Shown here: one piece after another, positions 1-19,564 of the stretch | Position numbering within the stretch: position 1 is the stretch's first letter | Layout of the letters: each line of letters opens with the position of its first letter | Assembly: GCF_009914755.1 (NCBI RefSeq) | Contig: NC_060947.1 | Source of the DNA: the human T2T-CHM13v2.0 reference genome, Homo sapiens | Strand: one strand, 5' to 3' | DNA length: 64,000 bases | Program-made: the position numbers and the translations under genes | The notes under the pieces: generated by a model | Seen by the model: the letters and a program-made list of their open reading frames with translations, nothing else | Database searches by the model: none | What the model was told of the DNA's origin: nothing

Positions 1-70
1 ATCCAAGATTTATCCATTTATTCATCATTGAATCAAGAAGGGTATATCCTGACCTGCTATCCCTCCCCCT

Positions 71-190
71 CCAACAAGAGTGGAACAATTATTTTGTATC
101 CATTCACTGTTTACTGGGTTGTCACCCCATCCAACAAGAGTGGAACAGTGTTTTTGTATCCATTCCCTGTTTACTGGGTTGTCACCCCCT
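71..190. repeat. 60-bp tandem duplication (2 copies)
   Basis: 71-130 and 131-190 both read ccaacaagagtggaaca...tttgtatccattc.ctgtttactgggttgtcacccc.t, with few mismatches. Confidence 0.95.
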
Positions 191-821
191 CCCAATGGCT
201 CTGCGATCCAGCAAGATGTGGTAGTAGGGAGGGAGCTAATGCCAGGGGCAAACCCAGCAGGATGACTTCACCCTCAAGACAGCTTTCCTCATTTGCTTTT
301 GTCCTCTGTTTCAGGTACGTGATATCATACATACTTTCTCTACTCGTGTGGGAGGGGAGGGGCAGGGGGCATATACACAACTTGGAAACAAAACCTGTTG
401 GTTCATTAAAGGGGACTTTTGCATCAAGTTGAGATCTCCATGCTAGTTGAGAAACTAGGATCAGGAGACACCTGTATTTGGGTGTGGACAAGCTTGCCCT
501 CTGAGAGAGGACAACCTGCTCCAAATTATGTTAATCTGCAGTGTCAAAATAGGACCAAATTGACTAATTCCTGTTAGGGCCAAGCCTAGTGATCAGGGTT
601 GAGATGTCAGGAAAGCCATTTGGCCTGTGTCTTATAATTCAAAAAGGGATTCAAATTCAGACTTTTGACACTATCCTAAATGAACTGATAACTCTAGCCA
701 CAAAGCCAGACTGACCTGATGTAAATGTTTGTCATACAGCTTAATTTAGTATATGTAAAGAAATTAAATTATTTGGCAAATTTGATATTCCTAATTGAGT
801 ATTATTAAAAAAATATACTGA

Positions 822-1124
<303 letters not shown>

Positions 1125-1667
1125 CTATTCTCATGCCACCATTTTCCCAGAATTCTGTTAGAAGACTTAGGGGAAAAGCAGTTTTCTGTAAATAGAAAGG
1201 AGAAGCATGATTCAGCAGATATCAGACTGAAGCCACCTCAAAGAGCAGGCGTCATCAGGTGGTGCACATGCTTGCATAGGCTTTACACACTTTGACCATG
1301 GGTAAAAACCCTTGGCAAAAGCTGCTGTAAACCAACAAGTTCAAAAGTTTGGGTAATGTCATTTTAAAAAGGAGTTGTTTGTCCCAGCATACAAGGACAA
1401 CATTTATTTGTCCAGTGGGTATGAATCGAGGCATATAGCTCCAGCTGTATTGAGGTATCTGAGCACAGATTTGAGCTCCCTAAAACAGCACTTTTGGAAT
1501 CCATATTTAGAACTGTGTAGATTAGCAAACTTAAGATAATTTCAAGAAAGATTCTGTAATTCATTATTAAAAGCATGGTTGATGAGCTTGAAAGAAAGAA
1601 GAAAGATGATTACTCGGCCCTAGCATGTATTTCACAAGATTGCCAAACTGAATTTTGTTAGGTTAGA

Positions 1668-1892
1668 ATAACAATAATAGCTAACATACTCATTGCTATG
1701 TTCAATCTCGTAGTAGCTCTGTAAGGTAGCACAATTACAAGCTTCCCCAGCTTACAGATAAGGAAATAAGCTGAATGAGACTAAGTAACTTGAGCAAGGT
1801 CACACTACTTACTATTAAGTGACAGAGTCAAGGTTTGAACCCAGTTCTGAGATTCTAGACTATGCTCTTAAGCAGTACATTATACTGCCTCC
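1668..1892 (-). mobile_element. MIR SINE
   Basis: ttacagataaggaaa...aagtaacttgagcaaggtcacac...aagtgacagagtcaaggtttgaacccag matches the antisense MIR core. Confidence 0.8.
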
Positions 1893-2249
1893 CCTTAAGT
1901 CTATTAAACTATACTGGTCTGTTAATCAGAGATTTTACTATAAGTTGTATACTAGCTGGCCTCCTGGGTGTTGTTCGGGAGAACATTGGCTCTTGTTAAA
2001 TAAATACATCTCTGCTACTGTTCACATTGGAGCAGTCTACACAAAAATGCACATGTGAGAGTCAGCTCTGTCATAAATCAGTAACTGCAACTTAAGAGCT
2101 TTGCCTTTCTTACTTTCAAGATGTGGCTAATATTTGAAACTGCCCTTAAATACATCCGTTTATAGTGGCCTAATACATAACAGTATGTCTCCAAAAAAGC
2201 AATCACATGGGCCACTTGTACTTCAGGTGCTCTGGAGGATGCCTACCTT

Positions 2250-3610
2250 TTTGCTGAACCGCCTTCCAGAGATCTCAAAAGGCAAACATTATGTACCTCA
2301 TCAAGCCGTTTGGCAGTTTCTCATAATATCCTTGAGATTAAAATGGAGTAACAAGATGATAATGACAGGACAGTAGATGGGTTAATAATTTGAATTGACA
2401 GTGTTCAACAATATAGATATCAAAGTGATCAAAGGTTTCCAACCTTAGCCCTGTCCCATCAAAGTTGTTTTATAATGACTAGCAAGAAAATATAAAATAG
2501 CATGCCCATCCCATTGCAAATAATATAGAATTAGATGGCAGAATAAATGTACTTGATATCACTAGCATGATCCGGAAAGTCCTTAGGGGCTGAGAAAAAA
2601 AATAGCCAAATCTAGCAGGATTAAATTGAATAGGATCAAATATGAAGTCCTGTACTCATATCAAAAATTCAGTTACCAAGGGGAGGTGGTTATGTGGCCT
2701 AACAATTGCATATATGAAGAAGACTCTAGTTTTTTTTCTTTTTTCATTTTTTTGAGACGGAGTCTTGCTCTGTCACCCAGGCTGGAGTGCAGTGCGCGAT
2801 CTCGGCTCACTGCAACCTCCGCGTCCCGGGTTCAAGCAATTCCCTGCCTCAGCCTCCCAAGTAGCTGGGATTACAGGCACCCGCCACCACGCCTGGCTAA
2901 TTTTTGTATTTTTAGTAGAGACAGGGTTTTACCATTTTGGCCAGGCTGGTCTTGAACTCCTGACCTCGTGATCCACCCACCTCAGCCTCCCAAAGTGCTG
3001 GGATTACAGGCGTGAGCCACCGCTCCTGGCCAAGAAGACTCTAGTTTTAATTTACTCTAAGTTCATGAGCCAGCCGTGTGAGGTTACAGTGTACCACATA
3101 TAATGAAATATTAAGCTCCATTAATAGAGTCATGGTTTCCAGAACAAGGAAGGCCTTAAAAATCATGTTTATTCTGTACTTGATAGTTTATGTTGGGAGA
3201 TTTGGGTCATATCAGAGTGGCACAATCAAGATGGACACAGACAACCTGGAAAGTGACCAAGAAGGTGACTGGTTTACAAGCAGACAAGACAGTTTTTGAA
3301 ATAATCAGGAATGCTTTACTCTAAAGACAAGTTTGTGGATATTTTCTGCAAATAATTGAAGTCCTGTCACACAGAAGAGAGGTAGCATTTACCTGAGTAC
3401 CTCCAGAGGGCAGATCAATTCAAATGTTCAAATAAGTCAAAGTTGTTGCCTACTGTTAGTAACTTTCTATCATTTAATTGTAGATGCTTTGCTTTCTGGA
3501 GCTGCTTCAGCAGAAGCCCACTTGGCAGAAATGTTTAAGAATGGTTTTATGTATCAGGTAGAACTTTGGATTAGAAGACCAACAACGTTCTTTGCAAAGC
3601 TAATGTTCTC
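2250..3610 (+). mobile_element. Ancient CR1/L3 LINE remnant (ORF2 3' part), split by an Alu
   Basis: Degenerate matches to CR1 RT/3' motifs: ccttagccctgtcc...tttataatgact; gccaaatctagcaggattaaattgaataggatcaaatatgaagtcctgtact; atgagccagccgtgtga; ggacacagacaacctggaaagtgacca. Ends are approximate. Confidence 0.65.
2731..3031 (-). mobile_element. Alu (AluS, Sg/Sc-like) with TSD
   Basis: Full antisense Alu; TSD aagaagactctagtt at 2717-2731 and 3032-3046. Confidence 0.97.
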
Positions 3611-4489
3611 CCAGTGGACTTTACAGCTTCTTATGAAGATGTAAATTCTGGGATCAAAGTTGATCTAGAATGAAGTCATGTTACAGACTTCTATCCTGCA
3701 TTTCCTAGTTTAGTAAACACTCATGAGTAGACCGAATACATTTTTTTACATATAAGATCTAGGTAAATTCATCATTTTAATCTTTAATGCTACATATGGT
3801 AAAAGGACCCAAATCATATAATGTTAAAATGAATGTCACAAAGTACTCAGAGCTTGGGAGGAGAAAATAGGAAGGGATGTCTGAGGTCAAAGGACTCTGG
3901 TTAGAGGGTGAAGGCTACAGGAGTACTCTGACCTCCTGTTTCTCTTGATAATATTCCCCTACCCCTTGTCATTCACAGTGGTGGTTAAAGTGGTGGAAGT
4001 AAGCTGAAACAGAGTGGAATGTGAAATGTGATGGCAGAGGGTATTTTTTTAATTCCATGTATATTTCTTTAGTCACAGTGATCGTTTTGGAGCAGGAAAA
4101 AAAATGTTTGTGTTTTCCATTATGTGACACCCAAGTGGGTGTCCTTATATTAAATAAATTACCTTAAGATTCTGAGTCACTATAGTTTATATTCTTTATA
4201 AGTTGCACTAGAATTCCAAAGAGTCTGGAAAAGAACATCCTGGTGTTAGTGACAGGCTGAAACACAACACACATCACATTCCTTATTTGTGGATATAAAT
4301 TGAACATCAAATATGTGTAGGAGACAGTGCATGTATATGTTTCTGTGTGTTTGTAATTTTTGCTTTGCCAGCTAAATCAGCGTTCTCTCCACATACTCAT
4401 AATGATGAACCACCTTCATACTATTCTACATTAGATATTTGCCTTCTGCATAGGCCTTGACGTGGTTGAACCACAAATCATGTGACCAG

Positions 4490-4731
4490 AGGCAAAATCA
4501 CAGCACACTGCAGCCTTGAACTGGGCTCAAGCTATCCTGCGTCAGCCTCCTGAGTAGTTAGAACTACACGCATGTGTCAACATGCCCAGCTAATATTTTT
4601 TAAAGTTTTTCTTTTAGAGATGGGTTCTTGATATGTTGCTCAGGCTGGTTTTGAACTCCAGGTCTCAAGTGATCTCTTGCCTTGGTCTCCCAAAGTTCTG
4701 GGATTATGAGTGTGAACCACTATGCCCAGCC
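4490..4731 (-). mobile_element. Old Alu (AluJ-like), tail end missing
   Basis: cactgcagccttgaac..gggctcaag...tcccaaagttctgggatta...cccagcc; J-type diagnostic bases. Confidence 0.85.
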
Positions 4732-4739
4732 TTGTTTGG

Positions 4740-7015
<2,276 letters not shown>

Positions 7016-7169
7016 AACCCCTTTAATTTGGTCTGGGATTTTTGAAATTTATGCTTACTTTTTAGATTTTAAAACATGATTACCTTTTAATAAAATGGAA
7101 TATATACTCATTATAAAATAAATTTTAAATGTGAAATATAATGAAGAAAATAAGAAAAAACACACATAA

Positions 7170-7509
<340 letters not shown>

Positions 7510-10314
7510 AGAGATAACTACTATTTCATTTGTATATATTTTTTCAACTTTTATTTTAGATTCAGTTGGTACATGTGCAAGTTTGTTATCTGAATATAGT
7601 GTGTGATGCTGAGGTTTGGGGTATGAATGATCCCATCCACCAGGTACTAAGAATAGTACTCAACAGTTAGTTTTCCAACCTTTTTCTCCCTCCCTTCCAC
7701 ACTAATGGACCCCAGTGTCTATTGTTGCCATCTTTATGTCCATGAGTACCTGATGTTTAGCTCCCACTTATAGGTGAGAATACATAGTATTTGATTTTCT
7801 GTTCCTGATTCACTTAAAATAATGGCCTCCAGCCACATATATGTTGCACCAAAGTACATGATTTCATTCTTTTTTCTTGCTGTGTACAATTCCATTTTGC
7901 ATATGTGCCATATTTTCTTTTTCCAATCCACTGAGGATGGGCACCTAGGTTGATTCTATGTCTTTGGTATTGTGAATAGTGCTGCAATGAACATGTGAGT
8001 GCATGCATCTTTTTGGTAGAACAATTGGTTTTCTTTTGGATATATAGCCAGTAATGGGATTGCTGGATAGAATGGTAGTTCAGTTTTAAGTTCTTTGATA
8101 AATCTCCCAACAGCTTTCCACACTGGCTAAACTAATTTACATTCCCAACAACAGTGTATAAGCATTCCCTTTTCTTTGCAGCCTCACTAGCATCTGTCGT
8201 TTTTTGACTTTTTATTAATAGCCAATCTGACTGGTGTCAGATGGCATCTCATTGTGGTTTTGGTTTGCATTTATCTGACATGATGATGAGCATTTTTTCA
8301 TGTCTTTGTTAGCCATTTGTATATCTTCTTTTGAGAAGTGTCTGTTTATGTCTTTTACCCCTTTTTAATGGGTTTGTTTTATTTTATTTTTTGGTTGTTC
8401 GATTGTTTAAGTTCCTTATAGATTCTGGCTATGAGACCTTTGTTGGATGCGTAGTTTGCAAATATTTTCTCCCATTCTGTAGGTTGTCTGTTTACTCTGT
8501 TGATAGTTTATTTTACTATGCAGAAGCTCTTTAGTTGAATTAGGCCCCACTTGCCAATTTTTGTTTTGTTGGAATTGCTTTTGAAAATGTAGACATGAAT
8601 TCTTTCCCAAGGCCCATGTCCAGAATCATGTTTCCCAGGCTTTCTTCTGGGACTCTTATAGTTTGAGGTTGTACATTTAAATCTTTAATCCACCATGAGT
8701 TATTTTTTTATATGGTGAAAGGTAGTGTGGTCCAGTCTCATCCTTCTTCTTATGGTTAGCCAGCTATTTCAGCATCATTTATTGTATAGGGAATCCGTTC
8801 TCCATTGATTATATTTGTTGACTTTGTCTGCCAAAGATTAGATAGCTCTGGGTGTGAGGCCTTATTTCTGGGCTTTCTAACCTATTCAATTGGTGTATGT
8901 GTATGTTTTTGTATCAGTTTCATGCTGCTTTGGTTACTGTAACCTTATAGTTTGAAGAGGGTTAACATGATGCCTCTGGCCTTGTTCTTTTTGCCTAAGA
9001 TTGCTTTGGCTATTCGGGTTCTTTTTGGGTTCCATAGGAATTTTAGAATGGTTTTGTCCAATTTTATGAAAAAAAAAATAATATTGGTAGTTTGATAGGA
9101 AAGCATTAACTCTGTAGATTGCTTTGGACACAATGGCCATTTTAATATTGGTTCTCCCAATCCATAATCATAGAATGTTTTTTCGTTTGTTTGTTTCATC
9201 TATGACTTAGTGGTTGTATAGTTCTCCTATAGAGATTCTTCATCTCCTTGGTTAGATGTATTCTTAGATATTTTCTTTTTGTTGTGTTTATTATAAATGG
9301 GATTACATTTTTGATTTGGCTGTCGGCTTGAGCTTTATTGGTGTATGGAAATGCTGCTTGTTTCTGTATATTGATTTTGTATCCTGAAACTTTTCAGAAG
9401 TTATTTATCAGTACTGGGAGTCTTTTGGCAGAGTCTTTAGGGTTTTCTAGATAGAGAGTCATATTGCCTGTCAAGAGAGATAGTTTTGTTTCTTCTTTTT
9501 CTATTTGGATGCCTTTTATTTCTTTCTCTTGCCTGATTGCTTGGCTAGGACTTCCAGTACTATGTTGCATAGCAGTGGTGAGAGTAGGCATCCTAATCTT
9601 GTTCCAGTTCTCAAGGAGAATGCTTCCAGTTTTTGTCTATTTAGTATGATGTTAACTGTGGGTTTGTCATGGATGGCTGTCATTATTTTCAGGTATGTTT
9701 CTGTAATGCCTGGTTTCTTGGAGAGGTTTTTGTTTTGTTTTGTTTTTAGCGTGAAGGGATATTAGATTTTATCAAAAGCTTTTTCCCTGTCTATAGAGAT
9801 GATCATATGGTTTTTGTTTTTGATTCTGTTTATGTTGTGGATCATGCTTATTGATTTGTATATGTTGAACCAAACTTGCATCCCAGGAATGTAGCCTACT
9901 TGTTCATGGTGAATTAACTTTTTGATGAGCTGTTTGCTGATATTTTGCTGAGGATCTTTTTGGTCTACATTCATCAGCGATATTGGCCTGTAGTATTGTT
10001 TTTGTTGTGTCTTTGCTAGATTTGGTACCAGGGCGATGCTGGCTTTGTGGAATAAGTTGGGGAGGAGTTTCTCTTCCTTGGTTTTGGAAATAGTTTAATG
10101 GAATTGTTTCCAGCTCTTCTTTGTGTGTCTTTTGAATTCAGATATGAATCCTTCTCATGCAGTGCTTTATTATGTTTGTAGGTTTTCTATTACTGATTAA
10201 ATTTTGGAACTTGATATTGGTCTGTTCAGTGTTTCAATTTCTTCCTAATTCAATCTTGGGAGACTGTGTTTCCATAATTAACCTTTTTTTTTTCCTACAT
10301 TTTCTAGCTTGTAG

Positions 10315-10641
<327 letters not shown>

Positions 10642-13048
10642 AGTGGGGTTTTTAATAGTCTCTGAGGATTTTTTGTATTTCTGTGGGATCAGTTATAATG
10701 TCACTTTTGTTGTTTCTGATTGTGCTTCTTTGGATATTCTCTTGTTTTCCTTCTTAATCTAGCTAGCAGCCTGTCCTTTCAAAGAACCAACTTTTGGTTT
10801 TGTTGATTCTTTGTATGAATTTTTTTGTTTCAATTTCATTCAGCTCCACTGTGGTTTTAGTTCTTTCTTTTCTTCTGCTAGCTTTGGGCTTCATTTTTTC
10901 CTTGTTTTTCTAGTTCTTCTAGGTGTGATGTTAGATTGTTAATTTGAGATCTTTCCAACTTTTGAGGTAGGCATTTAATGCTATAAACTTTCCTCTTAAC
11001 ACCGCTTTTGCTGCATCTAGAGATTTTCGAATGTTCTGTCTCTGTTTTCATTTATTTCAACTAATTTTTTGATTTTTTGCCTTGATTTTATTGTTTACCC
11101 AAAAGTCATTCAGGAGCAAATTGTTTAATTTTTATGTAATTGAGTGGTTTTGAGAGAGCTTCTTGGTATTAATTTCTATATTTATTCCATTGCGGTACAA
11201 GAGTATGGTTGATATAATTTTGATTTTTTTGAACTTAATGATGTTTGATTTATGGCTGAGCATGTTCTGTGTAATAATCGTGGACTATGTTCTGTGTGCA
11301 GATGAGAATGCATGTTCTATGGTTGATGGGTGGAATATTTTGTAGATATCTATTAGGTCCAATTGGTCAAGCGACTAGTTTAAGTTCAGAATCTCTCTGT
11401 TAGTTTTCTGTCTCAATGATCTGTCTAATGCTGTTTGTGGAGTGTTGAAGTTCACCACTATTATTGTGTGGCTTTGTAAGTCTACATGTAGGTCTTAGAA
11501 GTCCTTCTTTTATGAATTGGGATTTTCTGATGTTGAGTGCATATATATTTAGGATAGTTCAGTCTTCTTATTGAATCGAACACTTTATCATTATGTAATG
11601 TCCTTCTTTGTCCTTTTTCCTGTTCTTAAAGTCTACCTTACGTGATACAATAATAATGATGTCTGCTCTATTTTTTTTCCATTTATGTTGTACTTTTTCA
11701 CCTCTTTACTTTGAGCCTTTGGGTATCATTACATGTGAGATGGGTCTCTTCGAGACAGCAGACGGTTGCCTCTTGTATTTTATCCAACTTGTCACTCCAT
11801 GCCTCTTAAGTGGGGTATTTAGACCATTTACATTCAAGGCTAATGTTGATATGTGAGGTTTGATCCTATTGTGAGACTGTCAGCTGGTTACTTTTTAATT
11901 TATATTGGGTTTTGTAGGGCCTGCGGGCTATGTACTTAAGTATGTTTAAGTATGTTAAGTATGTTTTTGTGGTAGTGGGTATCATACTTTTCTTTCCATG
12001 ATTAGAACTCCCTTAAGGATCTCTTGTAAGTATGGTCCAGTAGTAACAAATTTTCTTTGTGCTTGCTTGTCTGGAAAATATTTTATTTCTCCTTAGGTTA
12101 CGAAGCTTAGTTTGCTAGAATATGAAATTCTTCATTGGACTTTCTTTTCTTTAAAAATGATGAAAATGGGCCCCCCATATCTTCTGGCATGTAAGGTTTC
12201 TGCTGATAAGTCCACTGTTAGACTGATGGGATTCCCTTTTTATGTGATGTGCCCTTCTCTAACTGCTTTCAAGGTTTTTTCTTTATTGTATACCTTGAAC
12301 ATTCTGGTTACTTTATGCCTTTGTGGTGTTCACTATCTCACAGGTGTTCTCTGTATTTCTTGTACCTGGATGTCTACCTCTCTAGCAAGATAATGGAAGT
12401 TTTCTTGAATTATTCCCTCAAATATATTTTCCAACTTGTTTGCTTTTTCTCTTCTCTTCTCAGGAATTACAATAATTTGTAGATTTGGTCATGTTGCATA
12501 ATCCCATAGCTCTCAAAGGCTTTGCTCATTCTAAAAAATTACTTTTTCATTTTTATCAGACTGGGTTAGCTCAAAAGACTCATCTTCAAGCTCCAAAATC
12601 ATTTCTTCTGCTTGGTCCAGTTTATTAATGAAGTTTTCAGTTGTATTTTGAAATTCCTTAAGTGAGTTTTTCAATTTGAGAAACTCTGATTTATTTCTAA
12701 GATGTTTGTCTCTTCCTTTCCTGAATTGCTTTAGAAGTTTATTTTTATTGATTTTCAGCCTTGTCTTGCATCTCACTGAGCTTTCTTGCCATCCATGTTT
12801 TGAATTCTTCATCTGTCACTTCTGAGTTTCCTTTTTTTATTATTATTATACTTTAAGTTTTAGGGTACATGTGCACAATGTGCAGTTTAGTTACATATTT
12901 ATACATGTGCCATGCTGGTGTGCTGCACCCATTAACTCGTCATTTAGCATTAGGTATATTTCCTAAAGCTATCCTTCCCCCTCCCCCCACACCACAACAG
13001 TCCCCAGAGTGTGATGTTCCCCTTCCTGTGTTCATGTGTTCTCATTGT

Positions 13049-16874
<3,826 letters not shown>

Positions 16875-16937
16875 TATGATGTTAGCTGGCTATTTTGCTC
16901 GTTAGTTGATGCAGTTTCTTCCTAGCCTCGATGGTCT

Positions 16938-17953
16938 TTACAATTTGGCATGATTTTACAGTGACTGGTACTGGTTGTTCCTTTCCATGTTTAGTGCTTC
17001 TTTCAGGAGTTCTTTTAGGGCAGGCCTGGTGGTGAAAAAATCTCTCAGCATTTGCTTGTCTGTAAAGGATTTTATTTCTCCTTCACTTATGAAGCTTAGT
17101 TTGGCTGGATATGAAATTCTGGGTTGAAAATTCTTTTCTTTAAGAATGCTGAATATTGGCCCCCAGTCTCTTCTGGCTTGTAGAGTTTCTGCCGAGACAT
17201 CTGCTGTTAGTCTGATGGGCTTCCCTTTGTGGGTAACCCGACCTTTCTCTCTGGCTGCCTTTAACATTTTTTCCTTCATTTCTACTTTGGTGAATCTGAT
17301 AATTATGTGTCTTGGAGTTGCTCTTCTCAATAAGTATCTTTGTGGCATTCTCTGTATTTCCTGAATCTGAATGTTGGCCTGCCTTGCTAGATTGGGGAAG
17401 TTCTCCTGGATAATATCCTGCAGAGTGTTTTCCATCTTGGTTCCATTCTCCCTGTCACTTTCAGGTACACCAATCAGACGTAGATTTGGTCTTTTCACAT
17501 AGTCCCATATTTCTTGGAGGCTTTTTTCGTTTCTTTTTATTCTTTTTTCTCTAAACTTTCCTTCTCACTTCATTTCATTCATTTCATCTTCCATCACTGA
17601 TACCCTTTCTTCCAGTTGATCGCATTGGCTCCTGAGGCTTCTGCATTCTTCACGTAGTTCTTGAGCCTTGGCTTTCAGCTCCATTAGCTCCTTTAAGCAC
17701 TTCTCTGTATTGGTTATTCTAGTTATACATTTATCTAAATTTTTTTCAAATTTTCAACTTCCTTGCCTTTGGTTTGAATTTCCTCCTGTAGCTCAGATTA
17801 GTTTGATTGTCTGAGGCCTTCTTCTCTCAACTCGTCAAAGTCATTCTCCGTCCAGCTTTGTTCCGTTCCTGGTGAGGAGCTGTGTTCCTTTGGAGGAGGA
17901 GAGGCGCTCTGCTTTTTAGAGTTTCCAGTTTTTCTGCTCTATTTTTTCCCCAT
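16938..17953 (-). pseudogene. L1 ORF1p, disrupted
   Basis: ATG at 17953 (minus); only the 180-aa C-terminal piece KRPNLRLIGVPESD...YPAKLSF is open and it stops early at 16956. Confidence 0.9.
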
Positions 17954-18982
17954 CTTTGTCGTTTTATCTACTTTTGGTCTTTGATGATGGTGATGTACAG
18001 ATGGGTTTTTGGTGTGGATGTCCTTTCTGTTTGTTAGTTTTCCTTCTAACAGACAGGACCTTCAGCTGCAGGTCTGTTGGAGTTTGCTAGAGGCCCACTC
18101 CAGACCCTATTTGCCTGGGTACCAGCAACGGTGGCTGCAGAACAGGGGATTTTTGTGAACCAAAAATGCTGTCTGATCGTTCCTCTGGAAGTTTTGTCTC
18201 AGAGGAGTACCCGGCCATGTGCAGTGTCAGTCTGCCCCTACTTGGGGGATGCCTCCCAGGTAGGCTGCTCGTGGTTCAGGGATCAGGGACCCACTTGAGG
18301 AGGCAGTCTGCCCATTCTCAGATCACCAGCTTCATGCTGAGAGAACCACTGCTCTCTTCAAAGCTGTCAGACAGGGACATCTAAGTCTGCAGACGTTACT
18401 GCTGTCTTTTTGTTTGTCTGTGCCCTTCCCACAGAGGTGGAGCCTACAGAGGCAGGCAGGCCTCCTTGAGCTGTGGTGGGCTCCACCCAGTTCGAGCTTC
18501 CTGGCTGTTTTGTTTACCTAAGCGAGCCTGGGCAATGGCGGGTGCCCCTCCCCCAGCCTTGCTGCCACCTTGCAGTTTGATCTCAGACTGCTGTGCTAGC
18601 AATCAGTGAGACTCCATGGGCGTAGGACCGTCTGAGCCAGGTGCGGGATATAATCTCCTGGTGCACCATTTTTTAAGCCCGTCTGAAAAGCGAAGTATTA
18701 GGGTGGGAGTGACCCCATTTTCCAAGTGCCGTCTGTCACCCCTTTCTTTGACTAGGAAAGGGAACTCCCTGTCCCCTTGCGCTTCCCGAGTGAGGCAATG
18801 CCTCGCCCTGCTTTGGCTGGTGCACGGTGTGCTGCACCCACTGTCTTGCGCCCACTGTCTGGCACTCCCTAGTGAGATGAACCCGGTACCTCAGATGGAA
18901 ATGCAGAAATCACGCATCTTCTGCATCGCTCACGCTGGGAGCTTTAGACTGGAGCTGTTCCTATTCGGCCATCTTGGCTCCC
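17954..18982 (-). promoter_or_regulatory. L1 5'UTR internal sense promoter plus antisense promoter; YY1 site intact
   Basis: CAAGATGGCCG (minus, ~18966-18976); ORF0 region lies on the + strand from 18535. Confidence 0.8.
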
Positions 18983-19564
18983 GAATCTGTGAGTTTCCAT
19001 TTTGGTTAAGGATCATTGCTGAAAGGCTAGTGCAATCTTTTGGTGGTTTCACTACATTCAGATTTTTCATAGTGCCAGGATTCTTATGCTGGTTTCTCTT
19101 CATTTGGATTTGCTAGCACTTCTAATTTGGGGGTAAGATTTTTTTCTTTCACTGTGTTTTTTTAAAAGTTTTTAAAGAAATGTTTTTTTCTTTCCCTTAC
19201 TGTAGAGAATGCTGGGTAAGTTCTTTTGGCTTTGCTTCTATAGCCCTGTGCACTTCTTTCAGCAGGCTTTATATTGGGCTGTACAGTTTGTCCTATAAGC
19301 CTATAGATGGCACTTATATGTAACAGTTAGCTATAGCCAAGGAGGCTAGGTATATACTTAATCCTTGTTTACTATCAGCTCTCTGTTGCCTCAGGCATTG
19401 GGCTGATTGGTAGACTGCGCAGAGATCTGAGATCCCTGCTTAGCCCTGGTGGGATGGGAGCCATGAATGGTGGGGCCAGACTGGGCAATTCCACCTGCTG
19501 GTCCCCTGATGGCAGACACAAGCACCAGTGCCAGGGGAAAGTCCAGTGGGTGGCCAGCAGGCCT

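Noticed and set aside
28-524. 134-aa and 117-aa ORFs with an internal peptide repeat
   Set aside because: The repeat comes from the 60-bp DNA duplication; the starts are non-ATG and no domain is recognisable.
2626-2971. Alu-spanning ORFs (also 741-983, 7240-7593, 34940-35266, 42898-43230)
   Set aside because: Typical antisense-Alu translation artefacts.
11936-11966. Triplicated ttaagtatgt, and similar micro-duplications at ~36785 and ~41559
   Set aside because: Ordinary slippage duplications inside decayed L1s.
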